Below the pieces are notes generated by a model that was given only the letters and a program-made list of their open reading frames with translations, searched no databases and was not told the DNA's origin. Below are positions 9,127 through 18,203 of a stretch of 64,000 nucleotides of DNA, piece after piece; position 1 is the first letter of the stretch; the number at the start of each line of letters is the position of its first letter. The stretch is from Patescibacteria group bacterium (GTDB lineage Bacteria > Patescibacteriota > Patescibacteriia > UBA10025 > JAHIVO01). The position numbers and the translations under genes are program-made. The stretch lies in contig JBAZWB010000001.1 in assembly GCA_041660605.1 (NCBI GenBank), positions 622,503 through 686,502 of the forward strand, given 5' to 3'.

Positions 9127-9942
9127 TTATGATTCTTTTTTTGGACGGCCGCGCTTCTTTTTTGGTTTCTGGATTTCTACCTCTTCACCTGATTTTATAG
9201 AATCGGATTTTTTTATTTCAGTACTTTTAATTTCAAGCAGTGCTTCATTTTTTGAAACGCCAAATTTCATTATTTGATTAAAATGATTGTTTAATAATTC
9301 TGCTGCATTTTTTATTGCGTCAACAGGATTTATCGTACCGTCAGTGGTAATATTCAATATCAACTTATCATAATTAGTCATTTGGCCAACACGTACATTT
9401 TCGACATTGAAATTTACATTTTTTACCGGCGTAAAAACCGCATCAACGGCGATAGTCCCCAGTGCTAATTTCTTTTTTTCAATATTTTCAACCGGCAGAT
9501 AACCCCTTCCTTTTGAAATGGTTAATTCGATATCTAACTCTGAATTTTTTTCCGTTAGATTGGCAATTATCACCTCTTTATTTACTACTTCAGCGCCGCT
9601 TGTAAGCTTGATATCTTGTGCCTTTACAATCTTCTCCCCTTTTATTTTGATATTTCCCTTTATTTCATCATCTGTTAACGTTTTAAATCTGATTTTCTTT
9701 AAATTCAGGATTATTTGAACTACATCCTCTTTGACGCCGGGAATTGAAGAAAATTCGTGATCTGCTTCTTTAATTCTAAGTGCTGTTATCGCTGAACCTG
9801 GCAAGGAAGAAAGTAAAACTCTTCGTAAAGCATTGCCTAACGTTGAGCCGTATCCAGGGTAGCAGGGTTCAATAGTAATATAAGACTGAAATTCACTGAT
9901 TTTTTTTATTTCGAATTTATCAGGTAGCTGTAAGCTTTCCAT
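9127..9942 (-). CDS. rpoA: DNA-directed RNA polymerase alpha subunit. Only the alpha-NTD is present, followed by a short basic tail.
   Basis: ITIEPCYPGYGSTLGNALRRVLLSSLPGSAITALRI matches the alpha-NTD. At 271 aa it ends KPKKKRGRPKKES and lacks the roughly 80-aa alpha-CTD. Confidence 0.9.
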   Translation of the reverse strand: MESLQLPDKFEIKKISEFQSYITIEPCYPGYGSTLGNALRRVLLSSLPGSAITALRIKEADHEFSSIPGVKEDVVQIILNLKKIRFKTLTDDEIKGNIKIKGEKIVKAQDIKLTSGAEVVNKEVIIANLTEKNSELDIELTISKGRGYLPVENIEKKKLALGTIAVDAVFTPVKNVNFNVENVRVGQMTNYDKLILNITTDGTINPVDAIKNAAELLNNHFNQIMKFGVSKNEALLEIKSTEIKKSDSIKSGEEVEIQKPKKKRGRPKKES

Positions 9943-9981
9943 ACTATTAAAATTAAATGATTAATAATTATTTAGAAAATA

Positions 9982-10614
9982 TTATCTTGAATAATATTCG
10001 ATTATTATTGGTGCATTAATATCCCCAGGTAAGTCTTCCTTGGCTGGCTGGCTGATCACTTTAGCTTGTAACTCCTTATCATCAACATAAATGAGCCACT
10101 TTGGCAGATCTTTTTTATTGATTTTTTTTACTAATTCTTCAAAAAATACCTTTTTTTTACTTAAAGGCTTTAAAGTAATAATGTCACCGACTCTTGTCTG
10201 ATATGATGAAATATCCAATTTTTTTCCATTAACAAAAATATGTCCGTGACTTATTAGCTGACTTGCTATACTTCTTGATTTTGTAAGTCCCAAACGGTAA
10301 ATGACATTATCCAGACGTAATTCAAGTAATCGTAAAAAATTATCGCTAGTTTCCCCTTTCAACTGTTTTGCTTTTTTATAGTAATTTGAAAATTGTTTTT
10401 CTAAAATATGGTAAGTTTTTGCAGCGCGCTGTTTTTCTCGGAGCTGCATGCCATATTCAGATAAACGAGAACTTCCTTTTACTCCATGCATACCAGGGGG
10501 ATAGTTCCTTTTTATCATTGCGCATTTTGGAGTAAAGCACCTCTCACCCTTTAAAAATAGTTTTTCCCCTATTCTTCGGCATTGCTTACATTTAGAATTA
10601 AGATTTTTTGCCAT
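9982..10614 (-). CDS. rpsD: 30S ribosomal protein S4
   Basis: CKQCRRIGEKLFLKGERCFTPKCA is the S4 zinc-ribbon N-terminus. An S4 RNA-binding domain follows. Confidence 0.95.
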   Translation of the reverse strand: MAKNLNSKCKQCRRIGEKLFLKGERCFTPKCAMIKRNYPPGMHGVKGSSRLSEYGMQLREKQRAAKTYHILEKQFSNYYKKAKQLKGETSDNFLRLLELRLDNVIYRLGLTKSRSIASQLISHGHIFVNGKKLDISSYQTRVGDIITLKPLSKKKVFFEELVKKINKKDLPKWLIYVDDKELQAKVISQPAKEDLPGDINAPIIIEYYSR

Positions 10615-10626
10615 ATTTAAATATAT

Positions 10627-11043
10627 TTATACTCGTCTAATTTTTGGAGGCCTACATCCATTATGTGGAATTGGCGTTATGTCTTTAATTGTTAAGACAT
10701 TAATATTATTTGCATTCAGTGCTCTAATAGCCGCTTCTCTGCCCGCACCAACGCCTTTTACAAAAACATCGACAGATTTCAAGCCTTTATTCTTGGCTTT
10801 TTCGGTAACGTCCTTTACTATGATGCTTGCCGCATAAGGTGTAGCTTTTTTAGGGCCTTTGAATCCCATATGTCCGGCAGAAGACCATGAAATAACATCT
10901 CCTTGGGGATTAGTAATGGTAATTATTGTATTATTATATGATGCCTGAATATATGCGCGACCGTGCGTAACAAAAACTTTTTTCTTAGCTTTTGATTTTT
11001 TTGGCTTTATCTTTATTTTAGGTGTATTTTCCTTAGTTTCCAT
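10627..11043 (-). CDS. rpsK: 30S ribosomal protein S11
   Basis: [36 protein letters not shown]...CRPPKIRRV. Confidence 0.95.
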   Translation of the reverse strand: METKENTPKIKIKPKKSKAKKKVFVTHGRAYIQASYNNTIITITNPQGDVISWSSAGHMGFKGPKKATPYAASIIVKDVTEKAKNKGLKSVDVFVKGVGAGREAAIRALNANNINVLTIKDITPIPHNGCRPPKIRRV

Positions 11044-11057
11044 TTGATTATATAAAA

Positions 11058-11450
11058 TTATTTTTTATCTGCAGCGCCACGTCGTCCTGAACCCATTGTT
11101 CTTCTAACATTTCCCCTGACTGTTCGTGAATTAGTTTTTGTTCTCTGCCCCCTGGCAGGTAATCCGTGCGCGTGCCTAGATCCGCGATATGAGCCGATCT
11201 CACGTAAACGCTTGACATTCATTAATATTTCTCGTTTTAATTCGCCTTCGACTTTAAATTTTTTTTCGATTAAATCACGCAGATTATTTACCTCAGCTTC
11301 GCTTAAAAGCTGTGTCTTTTTATGCTGATCAATTTTAGCTTCGGCTAAAATTTTTGAGGAGGTTGTTCTGCCAATACCAAAAATATAAGTTAACGCTATT
11401 AGTATTTCTTTATTTTGTGGCAAAGTTATGCCAGCTATACGTGCAGCCAT
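11058..11450 (-). CDS. rpsM: 30S ribosomal protein S13
   Basis: [35 protein letters not shown]. Confidence 0.95.
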   Translation of the reverse strand: MAARIAGITLPQNKEILIALTYIFGIGRTTSSKILAEAKIDQHKKTQLLSEAEVNNLRDLIEKKFKVEGELKREILMNVKRLREIGSYRGSRHAHGLPARGQRTKTNSRTVRGNVRRTMGSGRRGAADKK

Positions 11451-11455
11451 ATTTA

Positions 11456-11569
11456 TTATCCTTGTCTTTGTTTATGCTTAGGATTAGAACAAATTACATA
11501 AACGCGTTTTTTTCTTCTAACGGTTTGGCACTTAGAGCAAATTTTTTTTACTGATGTTCTTACTTTCAT
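11456..11569 (-). CDS. rpmJ: 50S ribosomal protein L36 (37 aa). Missed by the ORF track because it is too short.
   Basis: Hand translation of the minus strand gives [37 protein letters not shown]. It sits between infA and rpsM, as in the conserved operon. Confidence 0.85.
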   Translation of the reverse strand: MKVRTSVKKICSKCQTVRRKKRVYVICSNPKHKQRQG

Positions 11570-11573
11570 AGAA

Positions 11574-11828
11574 CTAGTGTCTATAAATGATTCTTCCTTT
11601 TGTTAAATCATAAGGGGTCATTTCGATAGTTACGTGATCACCTGGTAAAATCCTGATTTTATTAATTCTCAATCTGCCTGATAAATGAGCTTGTATTATA
11701 TGATCATTTTCTAATTTTACTTTAAAATTTGTTGCTGGCAATAATTCCTCGACTGTACCCTCAACTTCAATAAATCCTTTTTTATTCTGCTTAGAATTCA
11801 GTTGCTTATTTTCTTTATTAACTTCCAT
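11574..11828 (-). CDS. infA: Translation initiation factor IF-1 with an N-terminal extension of about 15 aa
   Basis: [31 protein letters not shown]...[24 protein letters not shown] is an S1-like OB fold. Confidence 0.9.
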   Translation of the reverse strand: MEVNKENKQLNSKQNKKGFIEVEGTVEELLPATNFKVKLENDHIIQAHLSGRLRINKIRILPGDHVTIEMTPYDLTKGRIIYRH

Positions 11829-12044
11829 AAATAAAATTTAATTAAAAAAAATTACCTACAATTAAGAGGCAAAAATAAAATAACTAAATAGTTAAATTTT
11901 AAGTCAATTCTTGCCTAAGGCTTGTATTCAGAATAAATAAATTTTCAAACTTGTATGTACAATTATAACAAATCAATTTTTTTTGTCAACACTAATTATT
12001 TATTAATTTCTTATACATTTAAATTTAGCTAATATTAGGTAAAT

Positions 12045-13859
12045 TTATTGTAAAATTGCTTTAATCCGTCGTATTCCAGCCGAAGAAGATTTTTCAGTAG
12101 TAATTTTAAAAAGTCCTAATTCATTTGTGTTTTTTACGTGTGGGCCACCGCAAATTTCCTTCGAAAAGTCCCCGATAGAATATACTTTAACTTTTTCGGG
12201 GTATTTTTCCTTGAAAAAAGCCAAAGCACCATTTTTTACTGCTTCAGTATAAGTCATATTTTGACAATTTATCGGTAATGCCTCTTTAATCTTTTTATTT
12301 ACTAAATTTTCAATTTTGTTTTTTTCTTCTTCAGAAATTTTGCCAGGATGCTCGAAATCAAATCTTAACCTTTCTAGATTTATATCAGAACCCTGCTGGC
12401 GCACATGATTGCCTAATATTTCTCTTAATGCCTGATGCAGCAGATGAGTAGCGGTATGATATTTTGTTATCTGATTTTTTTCTTTAGCGGTCCATTCAGA
12501 ACTGTTTATGCCATGACCACCAAATTTCGATTTAACGTCAGCTCGGGATAAATGTTGATGTTCTGCGATTTTTTTATCAAATTCTGCCTGATTAAAATCA
12601 AATCCTTTCCGGTGTAAGCGGTCAGATGATATTCCATAGGTTGAATATAAAATAAACGCCTCTTCAGCACTGATATGCTGCTGTGATAATTGTGGTTCTT
12701 TTTTTGTATTATTTAACTGGATATTCTTTAACTTACTTACGATTTGGAATACGTCTAAATCTAGAATTTTTTTATAAGCTATAAGCTCTCTAGCCATCTG
12801 CGATTTTATTGTATTTTCGTGTGTTTTTAAATCATGATACTGATCCTGATAGATTTTTATGACACAATCCGCATATTCTGAAACATTAATGTCATTGTAA
12901 ATAAACTGGTCAAGAGCACGACGAAAAATCCTTCGTAAAATGTAGCCTTGCTCCTTATTGCTAAATGAAATCCCATCAGCCAATAAAAACACACTGCCTT
13001 TTAAATGATCAGCGGCAATTTTACTGCGTACATCATCTTCCATTGTGCCTAAATAGCCAAATTGCTTATCTTTCTTTATCTGCAATAATAAAGGTTTAAA
13101 CAGGTCAGTGGCAAAAATATTTTCTTTTTTTTGCAAAATTAAAGCCAATCTTTCCAAACCCATTCCAGTGTCTATATTTTTTGTCGGTAATGCTGTAAGT
13201 TTCTTTTTTTCATCCAGGTTGAATTGCATGAATACCAGATTCCACAGTTCCATAAACCTTCCGCAGCGACAATTTGGCAGGCATTTATCTTTTAATTCGC
13301 AGGGCTGGCCGGTAAAATCATAATGTATCTCAGAACATGGACCGCAAGGTCCGGTTTTACCTGGCGGGCCCCACCAGTTTTCGCTCTTACCAAATTCGAT
13401 TATTTTTTCTTTTGGCAGGTACTTGAGCCAAATATTATAAGTTTCGATATCTTTCTTTGAATTTGAATCGCCGGAATAATAGGTAGCCCATAATTTTTTT
13501 AAATTGATACGTAATTCACTTTTTAAAAAAATCCAGGCATATTTTATAGCTTCGTTTTTAAAATAAAGGTTAAATGAAAAATTGCCAAGCATCTCAAAAA
13601 ATGTATTGTGGATATTATCCCCTACCTGATCTATATCAGAAGTTCTGAAGCATTTTTGGATTGAAACTAATTTCTGTGAATTATAAATCTGCTGAGTATT
13701 TTTTGCTCCGAGGAAAAAAGGCTTGAACTGCTGCATGCCTGCAGTTGTAAGCAATACTGATGGGTCATCCTGTGGCCAAAGAGAAGAAGACGGTACTTCA
13801 ATATGACCGGCTTTTTTGTAGTAGTGTATAAATATTTTTCTGATTTTTTCTGAAGTCAT
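12045..13859 (-). CDS. alaS: Alanine--tRNA ligase. The catalytic, tRNA-recognition and editing domains are present and the C-Ala/DHHA1 domain is absent.
   Basis: HYYKKAGHIEVPSSSLWPQDDPSVLLTTAGMQQFKPFFLG is the AlaRS class II core. HTATHLLHQALREILGNHVRQ and CGGPHVKNTNELGLFKI are the editing site. The protein ends at 604 aa. Confidence 0.9.
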   Translation of the reverse strand: MTSEKIRKIFIHYYKKAGHIEVPSSSLWPQDDPSVLLTTAGMQQFKPFFLGAKNTQQIYNSQKLVSIQKCFRTSDIDQVGDNIHNTFFEMLGNFSFNLYFKNEAIKYAWIFLKSELRINLKKLWATYYSGDSNSKKDIETYNIWLKYLPKEKIIEFGKSENWWGPPGKTGPCGPCSEIHYDFTGQPCELKDKCLPNCRCGRFMELWNLVFMQFNLDEKKKLTALPTKNIDTGMGLERLALILQKKENIFATDLFKPLLLQIKKDKQFGYLGTMEDDVRSKIAADHLKGSVFLLADGISFSNKEQGYILRRIFRRALDQFIYNDINVSEYADCVIKIYQDQYHDLKTHENTIKSQMARELIAYKKILDLDVFQIVSKLKNIQLNNTKKEPQLSQQHISAEEAFILYSTYGISSDRLHRKGFDFNQAEFDKKIAEHQHLSRADVKSKFGGHGINSSEWTAKEKNQITKYHTATHLLHQALREILGNHVRQQGSDINLERLRFDFEHPGKISEEEKNKIENLVNKKIKEALPINCQNMTYTEAVKNGALAFFKEKYPEKVKVYSIGDFSKEICGGPHVKNTNELGLFKITTEKSSSAGIRRIKAILQ

Positions 13860-13917
13860 TGTTTAATGATAAGTAATCTAGTAATATTTGTAAATATTTG
13901 ATTTGTGTCGTAAAATA

Positions 13918-14991
13918 CTATTTTATTATTGCACCACCACCCAGCATTCTCTTACCTTGGTACAATACAATAAATTGGCCTGGCGTAATTGCTCTTTGTT
14001 TTTTATTAAATGTTAATTGATAATAATTATTTGATTTGTTGACTTTACATGCCTGCAAAGGCTGCCTGTACCTGATTCTGGCTTTGCATAAAATTGGAAA
14101 GTGCGTGGTTTTATTTATCCAATTTATTTTTTTTATTACCGCACAATTTTTATACAATTTGCTTTTCAACGAATCATTACAAACAACCAAAATATTTGTT
14201 TTAAATTTCTTTTCGCAGACATAATATGGCTTTTTTGCAGCTATATTTATACCATGTCTCTGCCCTATAGTGAAGAATGGAAGCCCGTCGTGTTTTCCGA
14301 GAACGACGTTTTTTTCGTCTTTTATAAGCCCTGGTTTAATATTGATAAATTTTTTAATAAAATCTGAAAATTTTACTTTTCCAATAAAACAGATTCCCTG
14401 ACTGTCTTTTTTATCATATACCGGCAATCTGTATTTTTTCGCAATTTTTCTGACTTCCTGTTTTTTAAACCGGCCCAGAGGAAACAATGAGTGATGAAGT
14501 TGTTTTTGAGTTAATAATGACAAAAAATAAGACTGATCCTTTTTTTTATCTATTGCTTGTAATAATGTATATTCACTGTTTTTGAGTACTTTTTTCTGAA
14601 CATAATGGCCAGTTGCAATAAAATCTGCTCCCATTTTTTTTGCCTTTTCCAGAAAAACTTGAAACTTTATCTCCTTATTGCACAGCATGTCGGGATTTGG
14701 AGTTATTCCATCTTTATACCCATTAATTAAGTAATTTACAACCTTTTTTCTGTATTGCTCTTCAAAAATTTCAATTTTTCCAGGTATCTGTATTTTTTTA
14801 CAAACTGCTTTAAAATCAGCTATATCGTCTTTCCAAACGCATTGATCAGCCAATGGGTCAGACCAATTCTTCATATATACCCCAGTTACATCATACCCCT
14901 GTTTTTTTAGTAAAAGGGCGGCAACAGAAGAGTCTACGCCGCCTGACATTGCGACAAATACATGACTTTTTTTTTCTTTATTCATTTTCAA
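13918..14991 (-). CDS. mnmA: tRNA-specific 2-thiouridylase MnmA
   Basis: VFVAMSGGVDSSVAALLLKKQGYDVTGVYMKNW is a PP-loop SGGxDS motif, with a typical MnmA C-terminus. Confidence 0.9.
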   Translation of the reverse strand: MKMNKEKKSHVFVAMSGGVDSSVAALLLKKQGYDVTGVYMKNWSDPLADQCVWKDDIADFKAVCKKIQIPGKIEIFEEQYRKKVVNYLINGYKDGITPNPDMLCNKEIKFQVFLEKAKKMGADFIATGHYVQKKVLKNSEYTLLQAIDKKKDQSYFLSLLTQKQLHHSLFPLGRFKKQEVRKIAKKYRLPVYDKKDSQGICFIGKVKFSDFIKKFINIKPGLIKDEKNVVLGKHDGLPFFTIGQRHGINIAAKKPYYVCEKKFKTNILVVCNDSLKSKLYKNCAVIKKINWINKTTHFPILCKARIRYRQPLQACKVNKSNNYYQLTFNKKQRAITPGQFIVLYQGKRMLGGGAIIK

Positions 14992-16283
14992 ATATTTTCA
15001 ATTACTTCTCTGATGTTTTTCATTATTAAAGAATTGTAGTCAGATTCAGTAATATTTGACGCAGCGAGAATGGCATTTTGGGGTTTATGATTTCTTCTTC
15101 TCTGATATTTTCTTGGGTAGTTATTTTCAATACTGCCATTTGAAAATATATAAACATTAATCCTTTTTAATTTATTAATTAATTCAATTTCTGATTCTGC
15201 AAAACGTCCTTTAATGACTTTTTGGATGACTTTTATTGCGGTATCATAGAGCGCGTCACGATCCAGTAGTACAATAAATGGAATATTGAACATTTCCAGC
15301 AAATCGGCATAAATATCAATATTACTCTTACCATAGGTTTGAATTACTTTGATATTTTTTTCTCCGTGATAAAATCGGTCAATCATCGATCGCATTAAAA
15401 TATGATCAGAGGGTCCCTCTACCAGCAAGACTTTGTCCGCAAAAAACATCTCGCAATTTTCGGCATTTAGCTCCTGTTTTAACCGATCGTAATTAATTTT
15501 TTTACCCAGTAACCTTGGAGAGTATACGTGAATTGATTTTTCATCCCTGGTTACTCTGAATAGTCGATGTAAATTTGTGGTATGAATGAAAATTGGCGAA
15601 TGTGTTGTTAAAAAAATCTGGTCAAAATTATTTTCATTTTCGATGATATCAAGTAATTTTTTTACTAAGGCAGGATGCAGATGAATTTCCGGCTCTTCTA
15701 AGAGCAAAATCGTGTATTGGGGATGAAATAAATATAATAAAATCGTGAAAACTGATTTAAATCCATCTCCTAAATTATTGAAGATTTCAGCCATATTATC
15801 GCTTGACCTGACAAAAATATCATCGGTAATCAAAAGCTTGGGTATTTTTTCGTTTAATAGTTCCGTAAAACGCTTGAATTCATCAGGATATTTTTCCTTA
15901 AAATTCAGATAATCTTTTCTAATTAAATTGACATCAGGAGGGTTTGTAGCTCTTAGACGGATAATGCATCTTTTAAGAATATTTTGCGCTTTTAATAGAG
16001 TAATTTTTTCACCGTCAAGATAAAAAACCTTTAAATTGCCTCGCTGATGTAATTCTAATTCTGTGCCAAGATCACTGGTAAGGCTGAATAAAGCATCAAT
16101 TCTTGCATTCTTGTCGCATAATTTTATATTTTTTGTTGAATACAGCTGATTTATGGCATCAAGAATACTGGTTTTACCAACATTATTCTGACCTATGAAA
16201 ATATGGATTTTACCAGGGTTTTTTAAATAAAATGGATCATTTATACCTCTGTATTTCTGAATATTCAATTCTTTTATACGCAT
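14988..16283 (-). CDS. OLD-family ATP-dependent endonuclease, with an N-terminal ABC-type ATPase and a C-terminal TOPRIM domain
   Basis: Walker A is FIGQNNVGKTSILDAI. The Walker B/D-loop is TILLLEEPEIHLHPAL and the H-loop is FLTTHSP. The TOPRIM motifs are VLLVEGPSDHIL and VLLDRDALYD. It overlaps the mnmA start by 4 nt. Confidence 0.7.
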   Translation of the reverse strand: MRIKELNIQKYRGINDPFYLKNPGKIHIFIGQNNVGKTSILDAINQLYSTKNIKLCDKNARIDALFSLTSDLGTELELHQRGNLKVFYLDGEKITLLKAQNILKRCIIRLRATNPPDVNLIRKDYLNFKEKYPDEFKRFTELLNEKIPKLLITDDIFVRSSDNMAEIFNNLGDGFKSVFTILLYLFHPQYTILLLEEPEIHLHPALVKKLLDIIENENNFDQIFLTTHSPIFIHTTNLHRLFRVTRDEKSIHVYSPRLLGKKINYDRLKQELNAENCEMFFADKVLLVEGPSDHILMRSMIDRFYHGEKNIKVIQTYGKSNIDIYADLLEMFNIPFIVLLDRDALYDTAIKVIQKVIKGRFAESEIELINKLKRINVYIFSNGSIENNYPRKYQRRRNHKPQNAILAASNITESDYNSLIMKNIREVIENI

Positions 16284-16318
16284 AAGATTCCTGAATTTAT
16301 TTATAGTATATTATTAAA

Positions 16319-16774
16319 TTAATAAAGCCGTTCAACAGTTAATTTTTTATAAAATAAACTTAGTGATTTCACTTGCTGTTCGTTTGGTTCAATTAATGGT
16401 CTTTTGGTTTTTATTTTTTTAATCGCTTTTTCGGGCTTCATATTGTCTCTCATTACAAAATAGGCTGCTACTAATGTTGGCGAACGACCTTCGCCTGCAC
16501 GACAGTGAATATAGCATTTCATTTTATTTTTTACTGAATTTGCGATAAAATCGGCTCCGATTTTCAGTTGAATCTGAGATGGTGCAGTAAAATCATATAC
16601 CGGCAGCCAGAGAAAGCCAATAACACTGGACGGAGTATCTTCTTTTTCTTCCTGCAGATCAACATCGGTTTTTATGCCTATTTTTAGCAATTGCTGAAAA
16701 TGCTTCTTGCAGCAGATAGATGTGCCAATATAAATATATTTTTCAATCTGTGAATATTCCAAATGACGTTTCAT
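16319..16774 (-). CDS. Dual-specificity/tyrosine protein phosphatase (CX5R family)
   Basis: The active-site P-loop is HCRAGEGRSPTLVAAYFV (HCxxGxxRS/T). Confidence 0.7.
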   Translation of the reverse strand: MKRHLEYSQIEKYIYIGTSICCKKHFQQLLKIGIKTDVDLQEEKEDTPSSVIGFLWLPVYDFTAPSQIQLKIGADFIANSVKNKMKCYIHCRAGEGRSPTLVAAYFVMRDNMKPEKAIKKIKTKRPLIEPNEQQVKSLSLFYKKLTVERLY

Positions 16775-16825
16775 AACATTCTACATATGAATTAATTTAT
16801 TTCTTCAATGATATTCAGCAATCAT

Positions 16826-17995
16826 TTATATAGATGATAAGCTAATCGAGCCTGTACCAATTTCCAAAGTAAAATCAATCTTTTTTAAACCCTTATCGTA
16901 ATTTTCTGAAAAAAATGTTTCATCCTCAGCAATTTTCATATCGTTAACTTTTATACTGCCAGTGCCTACGGATGATTTAATACTATAGGAAACATCAATT
17001 GGAACGCTTATCTTTAACTCCCCTGTCCCGCCGCTAATGTCAGCATTTATTAATTTGGTTTCTGAATTTCCCTCAAAACCTAATTTAACCGAGCCTGTAC
17101 CGAATTCTCCCGTTATACTTGTTAAATTTTCGCTACCTAAACCGGCGATAATTAATCGGCCTGTTCCCACGTCGAAACTCAGACTGGAACTAAGCGGATT
17201 CGTACCGCTAAAATTAACATTCATTTCGCCTGTCCCAACTTTAGCATCGAAGTGCGACATTGACTGATTATTCAGGTATATTTCTGAATTTCCGGTGCCA
17301 ATATTCAAATCTAAATCCGTATCAATTTCCGAAAAACCTAGATTTACATTATAATCTGATTTTGTACCACCCCAGCCGAATATACTGAAGGCGCCATTAT
17401 TTTTATTTGAGTAGTCCAAGTTTAGACTATCATTGCTATAAACCTCAGACAATGTGGGCTCTAAATTTTGGTAATTGTATGTGGCCGTAGAAGTAAAATA
17501 GTTTTCTTTATCCGGACTATTTGACAAATTAAATTTTCCAATTCCTAATTCAGTTACTAAACTAATTTTTTTTAGATTATCGTATTTAATTTTTGGTATA
17601 TTAAATTGTTTTGTAGTTGTCTGAATTTTTTTATTGTTAAATGTAAAATTCCAGTTACTGGTAACCAATCCAAAATTATCAGCGAATATACCCGCAAACA
17701 GCGTAAAAATTATGCTTAATATTAATATTATTATTAATAAAAAAATAACCCAGGCTCCAATTTTATTTCTGCTAAAAATCATGCCCAAGCCAATTATGAT
17801 TATTAATATTGGCCAAACATATGACCAGTTTATATCAATACCTAAATTGGATAATAGCAGCAATAGTCCAAGCATTATCAAAATCAATGGCCCAAAAATT
17901 GACTTCTTTTTATTTGTAGTTTTCACATTTGAATCTGGACTTTTTTGATCTGGATTGTTTATCGTTTTATCATTATTCAATGGCTCACTGACCAT
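16826..17995 (-). CDS. LiaF/PspC-like membrane protein with a C-terminal toastrack (DUF4097-like) beta-repeat domain
   Basis: A disordered N-terminus is followed by two TM hairpins with GLLLLLSNLG...WPILIIIIGLG motifs. About 8 repeats of (V/I)GTG(S/E)(I/L/M)K/N (IGTGNSEIYLN, VGTGEMNVNF, FGTGSVKLGF and so on) are typical of toastrack domains. Confidence 0.6.
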   Translation of the reverse strand: MVSEPLNNDKTINNPDQKSPDSNVKTTNKKKSIFGPLILIMLGLLLLLSNLGIDINWSYVWPILIIIIGLGMIFSRNKIGAWVIFLLIIILILSIIFTLFAGIFADNFGLVTSNWNFTFNNKKIQTTTKQFNIPKIKYDNLKKISLVTELGIGKFNLSNSPDKENYFTSTATYNYQNLEPTLSEVYSNDSLNLDYSNKNNGAFSIFGWGGTKSDYNVNLGFSEIDTDLDLNIGTGNSEIYLNNQSMSHFDAKVGTGEMNVNFSGTNPLSSSLSFDVGTGRLIIAGLGSENLTSITGEFGTGSVKLGFEGNSETKLINADISGGTGELKISVPIDVSYSIKSSVGTGSIKVNDMKIAEDETFFSENYDKGLKKIDFTLEIGTGSISLSSI

Positions 17996-18002
17996 AATTA
18001 AT

Positions 18003-18203
18003 TTAACTTATTTTATTATTTGAGTCAGAATTTCTATAAATCAGATAAATGCCAATAATTATTATTATCACAGGTAACCAAATATTTTCCACCCACTGAT
18101 AGCCAAGATTGCCTAATAACCAAAAAATTCCAGTAATTATCATAATTATTGGCCAAAAAGATATTTTAACTTTTTTCAAATTGCTATCACTCATTTTTCT
18201 CAA
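18003..18203 (-). CDS. Small membrane protein, a paralogous LiaF/PspC-type TM hairpin module
   Basis: WPIIMIITGIFWLLGNLG...WLPVIIIIIGIYLI is the same motif as in the flanking genes. It overlaps the upstream gene by 17 nt. Confidence 0.45.
   Translation of the reverse strand: MRKMSDSNLKKVKISFWPIIMIITGIFWLLGNLGYQWVENIWLPVIIIIIGIYLIYRNSDSNNKIS

Noticed and set aside
11829-12044. A 216-nt AT-rich intergenic region downstream of alaS, examined as a possible ncRNA or riboswitch
   Set aside because: Only A/T-rich sequence with -35/-10-like hexamers (TTGTCA...TATACA). No conserved structured-RNA motif was recognisable by eye. It is most likely the promoter region of the ribosomal operon.
14988-16283. 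Interpreting the ATPase-TOPRIM protein as RecF/RecN-type housekeeping recombination protein
   Set aside because: The C-terminal acidic TOPRIM motifs (VEGxSD, DxD) and the overall length fit OLD-family nucleases rather than RecF (no TOPRIM) or RecN/SMC (long coiled coils).
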